A stretch of 64,000 nt of DNA. Source: Acidilobaceae archaeon. Lineage in GTDB: Archaea > Thermoproteota > Thermoprotei_A > Sulfolobales > Acidilobaceae. Below the pieces are notes generated by a model, which was not told where the DNA came from, made no database searches, and saw only the letters and a list, made by a program, of their open reading frames with translations. Numbering within the stretch: position 1 is the stretch's first letter; the number at the start of each line of letters is the position of its first letter. Both the position numbers and the translations under genes were made by a program. Shown here one piece after another: positions 36,778 through 46,266 of this stretch. The stretch is taken from positions 1,056,001 to 1,120,000 of the forward strand of contig JAWAWX010000001.1 in assembly GCA_038897215.1 (NCBI GenBank), read 5' to 3'.

Positions 36778-38141
36778 GTATAGCTAGGCTTGTAGAGGGA
36801 GAGGTTCTCGAATACATTAGGCCAGAGCCTTGGCATCTCAAGGCTCTCGAAGCTCTAGTAGCGATCATAAAGTTCTCGCTCGAGAGGTGTCTAAAGAAGC
36901 TAGGATTAGAAGCTAGGGTGAGCGTAGAGGGTAGCTTCGCTAAGAAGACACTTCTCTCCGATAAGAGAGAGGTAGATGTCTTCGTGCTCTTCAAAGACGT
37001 CACGGATGAGTGGATAGAGAGGGAAAGCTTAGAGATACTCGAGAAATGCCTGGGGGGAGTGTTCAAGATAAAGAAGAAGTATGCTCAGCACCCATACGTC
37101 ACGGTAGAGCTAGACGACCTCTCAGCAGATGTGGTTCCAGCAAGACTCATAGAGTCTCCTAGCGAGAGCTCTCTAGGCGTTAGCAGAACTCCATTCCATA
37201 CCAAGTACGTCCTGGAGAAGATTCAAGCAAACCCCTCTCTAGCTGATGAAATAAGGCTCCTTAAGTCATTCATGAGGGGGGTCGGAGTCTACGGAGCGGA
37301 ATCAGGTATCGATGGCTTCTCAGGCTATCTAGCGGAATTGCTTGTAGTGAAGTACGGAGGGTTCAGAGAGGTTCTGAATGCCGTCTCTCAGTGGAGCCCC
37401 CCCGTATACATAGATGTCGAGAATGCGGGTGTTGAGGAGGAGCTGAGAAAGAGGTATAGAGACTCGCCCATCATAGTAGTAGACCCGGTAGACCCGAAGC
37501 GTAACGCTGCAGCATCTGTCTCTCTCGAGAAGCTCGCACTCTTCATAATAGCATCTAAGCTCTACGTGAAGAACCCGGATAAAAGCTTCTTCCACGTATT
37601 CTCAGAAAAGCTTAGAATCGAGACCCCGGCTATTGTAGCGTTCTGTGAGGGAGACTTCTCGAGTAGAGATGAGGCTGTCGTGCTCGGAAAGCTGAAGAGA
37701 GTCTCCGATACTCTATGGGTTTACCTCAGAAACCATGGCTTCAAGCCTCTCTGGAGAACCTACGGGTACGAGGGCGACAGAGCAGTCATCGCTGTCGGCT
37801 TGGAGTCTCTCTCGATCCCACAACTTGAGCAGAGAGAGGGCCCTACTGCGTGGAGTAGCAGTGAGAGAGTTCTTGCTTTCATCTCCAAAAGGCTTCGAGA
37901 AGAAGGGTACGCGTGGGTAGGTGCAGACGGGAGGCTATACGGGCTGAGAGCTAGGAGCTTTAGCCATGTGTCGATGTTAGCGGCTACTCTTAGCGCTAAA
38001 GTCTCTCAGATACTCTCTTCAGATTGTAGCGTAGAAGCTTGTGAGAACTCGTGGAGGTGCTTGAGAGAGTCTTGCGTAAACCTCGGAGCATTAGTAGGCT
38101 ACCCAGCGTATGCCTGGATGAGGTTAGCGTTGAGAGCATAG
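36774..38141 (+). CDS. cca: class I CCA-adding enzyme
   Basis: GSFAKKT..EVDVF, YAQHPY, RTPFH, GFSGYLAELL, DPVDPKRNAA. Confidence 0.95.
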   Translation: MSIARLVEGEVLEYIRPEPWHLKALEALVAIIKFSLERCLKKLGLEARVSVEGSFAKKTLLSDKREVDVFVLFKDVTDEWIERESLEILEKCLGGVFKIKKKYAQHPYVTVELDDLSADVVPARLIESPSESSLGVSRTPFHTKYVLEKIQANPSLADEIRLLKSFMRGVGVYGAESGIDGFSGYLAELLVVKYGGFREVLNAVSQWSPPVYIDVENAGVEEELRKRYRDSPIIVVDPVDPKRNAAASVSLEKLALFIIASKLYVKNPDKSFFHVFSEKLRIETPAIVAFCEGDFSSRDEAVVLGKLKRVSDTLWVYLRNHGFKPLWRTYGYEGDRAVIAVGLESLSIPQLEQREGPTAWSSSERVLAFISKRLREEGYAWVGADGRLYGLRARSFSHVSMLAATLSAKVSQILSSDCSVEACENSWRCLRESCVNLGALVGYPAYAWMRLALRA

Positions 38142-38857
38142 AGGCAGCCAGGGCTCTATGCTATCCTCTAGACCACACCTCGAGCAGGTGTAGTGAGAGA
38201 GCTGAGAGGTTACTAGTAGCGGGAGTAGAGTCACTATGCTCTCTAGGCTCTAGTAGTCTCCCGAGCTCACGGCTAAGAGTCTTAGGTAAAGGTCACGCGG
38301 GAGTAGTGGTTGCAGCTTTCTCAAAGAAGCTCGGCCTGATTGCTGTCAAGTCTCGAAGACTTGATAGCAAGCGCTCTACTCTAGCTCTTGAAGCTCGAAG
38401 ACTTAGCGAAGCCTCTCTAGCCGGCGTAGCGCCTCGAGTCCACTACTACGATGACGACTTGATAGTAATGGATATAGTGTGGGGGCCGGCTCTAGAAGAG
38501 ATGATAGAAGCCTATGGAGTAAACAAGCGGATAGTCGCCGAAGTCCTAGAGCTAGCTAGAACTCTCGATGCGATAGGGGTTCTACACCACGAATTGAGCA
38601 GACCTTGGAGAAACGTGCTCTTCACCTGCGAAACCCCCCTCTGTAAGGCTCTAGTAGTAGACCTCGAGTCCTCTGGGGCAGGGTGTGGAAACGTTCCCCT
38701 AGTTCTCGGAGGGCTCGCTACGAGAAGCGCCAGACTTAGAGCTTTACTGATGTCGATCCGCAGACAGCTTGGAGAATACGCGGAGCACGGTTGCAGTAGA
38801 GAGGAGTTTATCGAGATTAAGTCGAGAGTGCTAGAGGCTCTAGAGGATCAACTCTAG
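38051..38857 (+). CDS. RIO-like Ser/Thr kinase (COG2112-like)
   Basis: LGKGHAGVV, AVKSRR, HHELSRP..NV, VDLES. Confidence 0.8.
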   Translation: MEVLERVLRKPRSISRLPSVCLDEVSVESIEAARALCYPLDHTSSRCSERAERLLVAGVESLCSLGSSSLPSSRLRVLGKGHAGVVVAAFSKKLGLIAVKSRRLDSKRSTLALEARRLSEASLAGVAPRVHYYDDDLIVMDIVWGPALEEMIEAYGVNKRIVAEVLELARTLDAIGVLHHELSRPWRNVLFTCETPLCKALVVDLESSGAGCGNVPLVLGGLATRSARLRALLMSIRRQLGEYAEHGCSREEFIEIKSRVLEALEDQL

Positions 38858-39255
38858 GCCGTTACCTCTGCTAGCTGCCGAGAGGAGGCTAGACTCCTGA
38901 CACTAACGAGATCCTCTCTGAAGTCTGCCGCGAGCTCTGAAACAGAAAGCTTGCGTAGAGTCTGCTCTCTCACAGCAAGCATCACTCCATCCTTCACGTA
39001 GTAGAGCTTAGTAAACTTCTTGTAGGTCATGAAGTAAACTCCTTCAGGTCTATCACTAAACCTTCTACCACAACAGGGGCACGTTTCTCCATCATGTCCG
39101 CTCTTAGCTTTCGCAGGAGTAGGGGGTCCATTGAATTTAGCTTTATTACTATGGTCGCCGATAGCATACCAGTAAGCTATGAACCCGCAGTTCTTACAAA
39201 CTACAGCTATCACACCAACTCCCTTAACTTGGAGACCCAAAGAAGCGCACCTCAC
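38854..39255 (-). CDS. Zn-ribbon hypothetical protein
   Basis: CKNCG...GPPTP...CPCCG. Confidence 0.7.
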   Translation of the reverse strand: MRCASLGLQVKGVGVIAVVCKNCGFIAYWYAIGDHSNKAKFNGPPTPAKAKSGHDGETCPCCGRRFSDRPEGVYFMTYKKFTKLYYVKDGVMLAVREQTLRKLSVSELAADFREDLVSVRSLASSRQLAEVTA

Positions 39256-39324
39256 TCTCTTACTTGATAACGAGCATTCGTGAGTAATACCGAGTATATG
39301 GTTTATAAGGGTGTCGCCCTAGTC

Positions 39325-39341
39325 TGTTGAAATAATCAACA
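39325..39341. promoter_or_regulatory. palindromic operator TGTTGA-N5-TCAACA
   Basis: Perfect 6-bp inverted repeat about 15 nt upstream of the minus-strand TTATAAA box (39302-39308). Confidence 0.45.
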
Positions 39342-39458
39342 CTAGCCCTAGCTAGAGCCTCTTTAAGTACTGACATGAGCTAGTAAAAGCTTATGCGGCT
39401 TCCACCATTAGGAATTCATAGGGGTTGAAGGAGGTCTGCACAAGAAATACGGGATGTA

Positions 39459-39896
39459 CTAGTACTCCGGCATGGGCTTTTCCCAGATAGGCTTTCCTCG
39501 AGAAGTCGGTGGCGCTAGCCAGTCTATGATCTCATCTATATTATCTCGAATTATAGTGAGCTTTATGGCTCCTAGAGGTGACTCTCTATCGCTATCCACG
39601 ATGCTGATTCTTCCCGCGTATGCTGCCTGCTTGTGTAGTAGCAGGTGTGTACTGTTCTCTCTCCTATTCTTCTTGAGAGCATTTCTAACAGCATCCAGAA
39701 TCCTCTCGGCTCTTACTGCCTGGTATAGGGGTAGTAGTGCTCTAGGGCTTGAAGCTTCTCCTACGAGAATTTCGCCCTTAGAGGTGCTAGTAGTGGTGAG
39801 TGTCTCTACGTCTACTATGTTCTTGACGGCTCTCAAAACCTTGTCTTTATCCTCTGTTAGTCTAATCTCTACCTCTACCACAATCTTCGTATGCAA
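39459..39896 (-). CDS. UPF0201/DUF54 RNA-binding family protein
   Basis: TEDKDKVLRAVKN, ERILDAVR, HKQAAYAG, ESPLG. Confidence 0.88.
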   Translation of the reverse strand: MHTKIVVEVEIRLTEDKDKVLRAVKNIVDVETLTTTSTSKGEILVGEASSPRALLPLYQAVRAERILDAVRNALKKNRRENSTHLLLHKQAAYAGRISIVDSDRESPLGAIKLTIIRDNIDEIIDWLAPPTSRGKPIWEKPMPEY

Positions 39897-40440
39897 CTCG
39901 AAGCTCCCTTGCTATTCTTCTCGACTCCTGGACTAAATTGTCTAATGTCGAGTCGTTGACTATCATGTAGTCAGCTAAAGCTAGAAGATTCCCAACACCG
40001 TAGCTTAGATTGAAGTTGTCTCTCATCTTGAACTCCTCTATGCTCTTAACGTCACCAGCCCTCCCTCTCCTCAATAGCCTCTCGAGTCTCAGCTTTGGGG
40101 GCGCGAAAACCCCGACTACGCAAACACGCCCTAGAGACCTGAGAACTCTCACTTCGTCGAGACTCCTGACCCCGTCTACTACGAGAGTTTGAGACTCGAG
40201 CTCTCTCCTCTTGATCTCCTCTAGTAGCAGGTAGGCTACAGCGAGCGAGCCCTTCTCTTCTCTCAGCTTAGTAGCTACAGTTTCGAGCGTCCAGGGGGTT
40301 AGCTCGAGCCCTCTTCTCCTAACCTCTTCTCTAACCAGGTCTCCCATCGATATGATGGGAGACTCGAGCTCTTCAGCTATCACTCTAGCGACTACACTCT
40401 TACCGCTACCAGGGAGCCCTGTGACAGCCACTATGAGCAA
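39862..40440 (-). CDS. UPF0200 P-loop kinase (dephospho-CoA-kinase-like)
   Basis: GLPGSGKS, MGDLVRE, DGVRS. Confidence 0.85.
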   Translation of the reverse strand: MLIVAVTGLPGSGKSVVARVIAEELESPIISMGDLVREEVRRRGLELTPWTLETVATKLREEKGSLAVAYLLLEEIKRRELESQTLVVDGVRSLDEVRVLRSLGRVCVVGVFAPPKLRLERLLRRGRAGDVKSIEEFKMRDNFNLSYGVGNLLALADYMIVNDSTLDNLVQESRRIARELRVAYEDCGRGRD

Positions 40441-40573
40441 TCTCTCTCCCCACGCGCTCTAGCTCTAGCGATAGCGGTTAAGGTAGTTGAGGTTGAGGCA
40501 TTAGCGAGGACTGCTGTGAGATAGCTGAGAGCATTTAAGCAACCGGCTTCAAGCGCTAGACTGGTGCCCGGTC

Positions 40574-41257
40574 TTGGTTAAAGTCAGAGTTAAGCTCGTA
40601 TCCTGGGATGAGATAGTAGACTGGTCTATGAGACTAGCCGAGCTAATAGAGAGCTCAGGCTGGAAGCCGGACGTCATAGTCGCTGTAGCTAGAGGAGGCT
40701 ACGTAGTAGCCAGGCTTCTCTGCGACTTCCTCGATGTAACAGACTTAGTTAGCGTTCAGAGCCAGCACTGGACAGAGGCTGCTAGAATGGCTGAGAGAGC
40801 TGTGCTCAAGTACCCCTATAAGCTCGACCTAGCGGGCATGAAGGTGCTCCTAGCCGATGACATCGTAGATACTGGTGAAAGCTTGCTACTCGCTCGAGAC
40901 TACATAATGAGAGAGTGGAGACCAGAAGAGTTGAAGATAGGAGTCCTACAGTGGATCAGCCCAGTGGCCAAGTTCAAGCCCGACTACTACGTGATAGAGG
41001 TCACGGAGTGGGTCTGGTTCCAGTACCCGTGGACCAGACTGGAGGACGTGAGCCAATTCATAGCCAGGATCTTCAGAGAAGACGAGAGAGCTAGAGGGAG
41101 AGAGGTTGAAGAAGAGGAGCTCAAAGAACTCTTCATAGACTGGTATGGAATCCACCCAAGCGAGCTAGGAAGATACTGGACCTTGGCTCTCAAGAGGCTA
41201 CAATCAAAAGGAGTGATAGTCAGAACTGAGAAAGGCTATCGTCTAGCAGCTCGCTGA
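40574..41257 (+). CDS. purine phosphoribosyltransferase with C-terminal wH-like extension
   Basis: ARGG, LLADDIVDTGESL, WFQYPW. Confidence 0.88.
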   Translation: MVKVRVKLVSWDEIVDWSMRLAELIESSGWKPDVIVAVARGGYVVARLLCDFLDVTDLVSVQSQHWTEAARMAERAVLKYPYKLDLAGMKVLLADDIVDTGESLLLARDYIMREWRPEELKIGVLQWISPVAKFKPDYYVIEVTEWVWFQYPWTRLEDVSQFIARIFREDERARGREVEEEELKELFIDWYGIHPSELGRYWTLALKRLQSKGVIVRTEKGYRLAAR

Positions 41258-41314
41258 ACTAGTCGGACACCACATTTCTCTAAAAGCTCGCTCTACAGAA
41301 GAGACTATACAGGA

Positions 41315-41404
41315 GCCGGGGTGGCCGAGCGGACCAAGGCGGCGGGCTCGAGACCCGTTGCCCCTACGGGGGGCGCGCGGGTTCGAATCCCGCCCCCGGC
41401 GCCA
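41315..41404 (+). tRNA. tRNA-Ser(CGA), CCA encoded
   Basis: GCGGG-CTCGAGA-CCCGT anticodon arm, long variable arm, GTTCGAATC. Confidence 0.95.
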
Positions 41405-41413
41405 TGCCTCTCC

Positions 41414-42364
41414 TCACTCAATATTGTGGTCTTCGAGACTCCTCGGGGGGTAGAGAGCTACTGCTAGTGCTCCATATAGCACAGCATCATCACCGAATCC
41501 TGTGACCTCGATTAGTGGCGGTCTCTGAGCAAGGTATTCTCTTAGTTTCTCCGATACTCTCGGCACGATTAGGTCTACGTTATTCAAGACCACTCCTCCT
41601 CCTAGAATCACTATCTCGGGGTCGTAAGCGGCTATGGAGCTAGCCAGTCCGGCTGCATGGATTCTATTGATCTTCTCCACCAGATACGTAGCGAACCTAT
41701 CCCCTCTTCTGGCTAGAGAGTAGAGTGTAGGCGCGTCTAGTGCTCCGCTCTCGGCCAGCCTCTGAGCCTCGGTCCTCTCCTCTCTCCATCTGAGAGCCTC
41801 GCTTCTAGCTACTTTGGGGATGTTAGCGCCCCCCGCTAGAGCCTCCCAGTGGCCTCTGCCTCCGCATCCGCAGAGCAGGTCGCTCTCGTAGTCGACAACA
41901 AAGTGCCCTATCTCGTGCGCGTTACCATCTCTCCCTAGGAGTAGATTCCCGTCTACCACGGCTCCTCCCCCTATCCCGGAGCTTATGGTGACGTAGAGCA
42001 GGTTGCGGACTCTTCTCCTCCTAGCTAAGACGTACTCACCCCAAGCGGCTGCGACGCAATCGTTGAGAACTCTCACTGGAGCCTTGTAGACCTCGACTAG
42101 AGGGTCTCGGATAGCGAACGACCGGAGCGGGTTATTCGGAGTGTTGACGACCCAGCCTCTCCTGAGGTCCAGAGGCCCTATTGTCGCTACGCTGACGACA
42201 TCGAAGCGCTCTAGGGGTGGAGCGAGTTCAGCTATGGCTCTAGCTACGCTCAGAGAGTCTCCCTCCCGGGGGGTCTTCGCCTCCCTGCGCCAGACTATCT
42301 CCTCCCCCTTGAAGAAAGCAACTCTGATCCTGGAAGCTCCCACGTCTACAGCTAGGACTCTCAT
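41414..42364 (-). CDS. ROK-family gluco/hexokinase
   Basis: DVGAS, NDC, SSGIGGG, EIGH, CGCGGRGHWE. Confidence 0.92.
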   Translation of the reverse strand: MRVLAVDVGASRIRVAFFKGEEIVWRREAKTPREGDSLSVARAIAELAPPLERFDVVSVATIGPLDLRRGWVVNTPNNPLRSFAIRDPLVEVYKAPVRVLNDCVAAAWGEYVLARRRRVRNLLYVTISSGIGGGAVVDGNLLLGRDGNAHEIGHFVVDYESDLLCGCGGRGHWEALAGGANIPKVARSEALRWREERTEAQRLAESGALDAPTLYSLARRGDRFATYLVEKINRIHAAGLASSIAAYDPEIVILGGGVVLNNVDLIVPRVSEKLREYLAQRPPLIEVTGFGDDAVLYGALAVALYPPRSLEDHNIE

Positions 42365-42485
42365 CGAGCACGCTACCAGAGACTCTTAGCGGGAGGCAGA
42401 GCCTTTCTATTAGAGAGCTTCAAACCAGCTGACACCAAGATACTTAACTAGAGGACATCTATACGAGCCCTAGAGGAGGCTCTTT

Positions 42486-43055
42486 ATGCAGCTACAGGAG
42501 AAGCTCGCGGAAGCGTATCTTCGAGCTGTATCAGCTCTTGGAGTGAAGCCGAACCACTTGACTCTCGCTGGTCTCTGCTTAGCTCTAGTTGCTCCAGTAG
42601 CTGCCTACGCTGGCTACACTGTAGCAGTCGTGGCTCTAATGGCTCTCTCTGCTCTCATGGATGCTCTAGACGGATACACTGCTCGAGCACTAAAAATGAC
42701 TAGCAAGTGGGGCGCCTTCCTGGACTCTACAGCAGATAGAGTAGCAGACTCTATGTTCGTGCTCAGCCTAATGCTACTCGGTCTCAACCCTACGGCTTGC
42801 TTTCTCCTACTCACCTCATCACTCCTCATATCATACACGAGAGCGCGAGGAGAAGCTCTAGGCTTATCATTCAAGGGCGTGGGCCTAATAGAGAGGCAGG
42901 AGAGAGTGCTGTTGTTGATCGTGATAGCGGTCCTCACACTCTACGATGTAAGGATTGCAGAGATAGGGGTTCTCGCAACTCTAGTAATGAGTATAGCCAC
43001 GGTCGTTCAGAGAATTCTCCACGCTAGAAGAGGGCTTCAACCATGGGGAGCGTAG
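42486..43055 (+). CDS. pgsA: CDP-alcohol phosphatidyltransferase (archaetidylinositol-phosphate synthase-like)
   Basis: DALDGYTAR...GAFLDSTADR. Confidence 0.9.
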   Translation: MQLQEKLAEAYLRAVSALGVKPNHLTLAGLCLALVAPVAAYAGYTVAVVALMALSALMDALDGYTARALKMTSKWGAFLDSTADRVADSMFVLSLMLLGLNPTACFLLLTSSLLISYTRARGEALGLSFKGVGLIERQERVLLLIVIAVLTLYDVRIAEIGVLATLVMSIATVVQRILHARRGLQPWGA

Positions 43056-43396
43056 GGTTCGCGTACTGCGTAGAAGAGTACGTGAGCGTGGCTCTCAAAC
43101 CCTTTAGCTACGATATACACGGCCACGATGTAGTGATCGAGGCCTGCTGGTGTAGTAGGGGGGAGAGAGTAGACGTAGAGGTCTTGGCCTCAGCGCTGGT
43201 AGAAGCGCTGAGAGGAGTAGACCGCAAGCCGTTATGGGAGACAGTGGGGGCCGAGGACGCTATGATAGAAGACCTGCTCCTATACTTGAAGAGCGCTCTA
43301 GAGAGCCGGGGAGGCGTGGAGCTCTGCGGGCTTAGAGCCCGCTGGAGAGGCAGGCTTATCGCTCTCCTCTCGGAGACCGGCAATATGCGATATTAA
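43043..43396 (+). CDS. divergent QueD/PTPS-like T-fold protein
   Basis: IHGHD and IEDLL motifs. Confidence 0.55.
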   Translation: MGSVGFAYCVEEYVSVALKPFSYDIHGHDVVIEACWCSRGERVDVEVLASALVEALRGVDRKPLWETVGAEDAMIEDLLLYLKSALESRGGVELCGLRARWRGRLIALLSETGNMRY

Positions 43397-43450
43397 GCCT
43401 CCTCCGCCTAGGTATTTCAAGTAACCGGCGTGCTTCCCGGGGGGCGGTAG

Positions 43451-44551
43451 ATGTTCGAGTTCATAGTGGCTCAGTGGTGGATTCTCTTAGTGGAGGGCTT
43501 GGCGATCGCTCTAGTAGTCGGGCTCATAGCGCTCAACGCTGATAAGCTCGTGGGCGACGCTCCCAGAAGCCTATCGTCTCTGAGAGTGGGCATGCTGCTC
43601 ACTCTGATAGCGATGGTGTCAGCTTACTTCGTCGTGATGATACTAGCGGCGAAGGCTCTCGAGGCCTACGCTGGCTTCTCGCTCTCAGCGAACACTCTAG
43701 TGTTGTCTGTCACCATCCTATCGTTCCTCTTGATCCTAGCGCAGTGGCTCTTCTCCCCGCTCATAATAAACCTAGCCTACAGGACCAGAGAGCCCAAGAC
43801 TCAGTACGAGCTGGAGCTCAAGATGGAGCTCGAGAGGCTCGCTGAGAGAGCTGGAATGAAGCCCCCCAAGTTCCTGATAGCTGACGTAGACTTCCCCAAC
43901 GCTTTCGCCTACGGTAGCCCACTCTTCGGGAACTACGTGGCTCTAACGAGAGGACTCGTTAGAACGATGCCCAAGGAGGAGGTCTTAGCAGTCATGGGTC
44001 ACGAGCTAGGGCACTTGAAGCACAGAGACGTCGCGTGGATCCTGGCTCTCAGCGTGATCCCGCTAGCGATATACTTCCTGGGGAGAGCGCTGATATGGAT
44101 GGGGATCCTGGGGGGCGGCGAGACTCGAGGAAGCAGAGGGAGCGCTACCCCCATAGTATTCCTGGCTATTGGAGCGCTCCTAATAGTGTCAAGCGTGCTC
44201 TTCAGGCTTATGATTGTTCACTTTAGCAGACTTAGAGAGTACTACGCTGACGCTCACTCAGCCATACTCATGGGGACCTCTAGACCTCTTCAGAGAGCTC
44301 TAGCTAGACTCTACTTGACCTACAACACTCGCCCTCAGATAGCCGAGATGGCTAGAGAGAATAGCACTGCAGCTCTCCTCTTCATCATAGCTCCCCTCGT
44401 GGAGCTCTGGGCTTCACCCTTCTACGAGATAGACTATTACGTGGATAGACTCAAGGGCATTCAGACGAACCCGTTGGAAGAGCTACTCTCAACGCACCCA
44501 CCGATACCTAAGAGGCTCAGATTCCTAGATAGAGTCCTTTACCGTCTATAG
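43451..44551 (+). CDS. htpX: M48 zinc metalloprotease HtpX
   Basis: PNAFA, HELGH, SRLREYYAD, STHP. Confidence 0.93.
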   Translation: MFEFIVAQWWILLVEGLAIALVVGLIALNADKLVGDAPRSLSSLRVGMLLTLIAMVSAYFVVMILAAKALEAYAGFSLSANTLVLSVTILSFLLILAQWLFSPLIINLAYRTREPKTQYELELKMELERLAERAGMKPPKFLIADVDFPNAFAYGSPLFGNYVALTRGLVRTMPKEEVLAVMGHELGHLKHRDVAWILALSVIPLAIYFLGRALIWMGILGGGETRGSRGSATPIVFLAIGALLIVSSVLFRLMIVHFSRLREYYADAHSAILMGTSRPLQRALARLYLTYNTRPQIAEMARENSTAALLFIIAPLVELWASPFYEIDYYVDRLKGIQTNPLEELLSTHPPIPKRLRFLDRVLYRL

Positions 44552-44572
44552 ACAACTCTATAGCTTCGCTCT

Positions 44573-45298
44573 TCAGCTCATCAAGACTACGGGCACTCCG
44601 CCTGTTTCAACAAAGTCTACCTCGTAGACTTCTCTGAGAAACGATGCTCTGAGGATAAGGCGAGACGGTCCTTTAGCGATTAGCGAGCCGTTTTTCAGAA
44701 CTAGTAGCTCTCTAGCTACGAGAGCGTGAGTAGGCTCGTGTGCAGTGTAGAGCACTAGCGTGGAGCTCTCTGCGAGCAAGCGGAGAAGCTTAGCTACTCT
44801 AACCTGATTCCGTAGGTCTAGGTGGGAGAAAGGCTCGTCTAGGAGTAGCACTCTAGGCTTTCTCACTAGAGCGGCTGCTAGCAGAGCTAGTCTCCGCTCA
44901 CCATCGCTCAACTCCCCCAGCCTCCTCCAGAGCGTTGATTTGGGTAGCCCGACTGCTTCTAGGGCTTCCTCGAACCTAGCCACGCTACTAGCTCTATACG
45001 CGTAGGCTCTCATCACGTCAACGACTCTAGTAAAAGGCTCCACGTAGAGACTGCTGGGAACGAAACTGACCACGCTTCTAGCATCCTCAGGACTCAACCC
45101 GCAGACTCTCACGACTCCACTAGCTACTCTAACGACTCCAGCAAGAGTCTTCAGGAGCGTGGTCTTCCCAGCGCCGTTGGGCCCAATCAGGCAGACCAGC
45201 TTCTCCTCGAGCATAGCGCTCACGCTCTTCAACACGACTCTCTCCCCCAGAACTACCGTAACGTCTCTGATCTCGATGCTACACTCCACGAGCATCAA
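44573..45298 (-). CDS. ABC ATPase, iron-chelate/cobalamin type
   Basis: GPNGAGKT, LSDGE, LLLDEP. Confidence 0.9.
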   Translation of the reverse strand: MMLVECSIEIRDVTVVLGERVVLKSVSAMLEEKLVCLIGPNGAGKTTLLKTLAGVVRVASGVVRVCGLSPEDARSVVSFVPSSLYVEPFTRVVDVMRAYAYRASSVARFEEALEAVGLPKSTLWRRLGELSDGERRLALLAAALVRKPRVLLLDEPFSHLDLRNQVRVAKLLRLLAESSTLVLYTAHEPTHALVARELLVLKNGSLIAKGPSRLILRASFLREVYEVDFVETGGVPVVLMS

Positions 45299-46254
45299 CC
45301 ACCCTGGATTCTAGAGATGAAGTAGACGAGTAGAGGCACTCCCACTAGAGCAGTCACAGCAGTAATCGGCACCTCGAGCCCCCCGAGGAGAGCCTTGATC
45401 GCTGTGTCAGCCGAGACGACGATAGTGGCTCCCAGAAGCCCCGAGGCTAGGCTCAGCTCTATGAAGCCTCCTCTGGTGAGCACTCTAGCTAGCCAGGGGG
45501 CAGTCACACCCACGAAGCCAACGGGGCCGGTTACAGCGGTAATAGCGGCTGTCGCCATAGTGGCTCCCCCTATTGCTAGAGCTCTCACTAGAGAGCATCT
45601 GACTCCAAGAGCTCTGGCTACATCATCTTCTAGAACTAGAACGTCGAGCTCTCTGTGTAGAGTTAGGATCACAGCGACTCCCAGGAGAGCGAGAGACGCG
45701 GAGAAGAGTAGCTCGTCGAGCCTCACGTAAGCCAGACTACCGAATAGCCACATCATGGGAGACCCCTTGATCTTAGAGTGCATGAGAGACAGGAGGATCA
45801 AGTTGATGCTATACAGGAGGTAGGATACAGCGACCCCGGCTACTATCAGTGAGAGAGGAGAGTAGCCAGCTAGAGTCGATAGAGTCATAGCTAAGAGGAG
45901 AGCGAAAAGCCCTCCCACGAAGGAGGATAGAGGCCACAGATGCGGACTAAGCCCTACGGCTATAGATGTTAGAACTCCCAGAACAGCGCCAGAGCTGACC
46001 CCCATTAGGTACGGGTCGGCTAGAGGGTTACGGGTTACTCTCTGAATACTCAGCCCGGCTACGCCGAGAGATAGCCCTGCCACTATGCCGGCTGATAGCC
46101 TGACTAGCCTGTATCTCAACAGCCCGATGCTCTCATCGGGGCACGCTAGAGGGTTTATGAGCCCCCCGGGCCCGATGCTCAGTGATGTCAGGGACGCTAC
46201 AGCTAGTAGAGAGAGGAGAGTAGCGAGCACTAGGAGGGTCCTCGGGGAGAGCAA
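45295..46254 (-). CDS. FecCD/BtuC permease
   Basis: RNPLADPYLMGVSSGA, GPVGFVG. Confidence 0.92.
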   Translation of the reverse strand: MLSPRTLLVLATLLSLLAVASLTSLSIGPGGLINPLACPDESIGLLRYRLVRLSAGIVAGLSLGVAGLSIQRVTRNPLADPYLMGVSSGAVLGVLTSIAVGLSPHLWPLSSFVGGLFALLLAMTLSTLAGYSPLSLIVAGVAVSYLLYSINLILLSLMHSKIKGSPMMWLFGSLAYVRLDELLFSASLALLGVAVILTLHRELDVLVLEDDVARALGVRCSLVRALAIGGATMATAAITAVTGPVGFVGVTAPWLARVLTRGGFIELSLASGLLGATIVVSADTAIKALLGGLEVPITAVTALVGVPLLVYFISRIQGG

Positions 46255-46266
46255 CGAGCGAAACCT

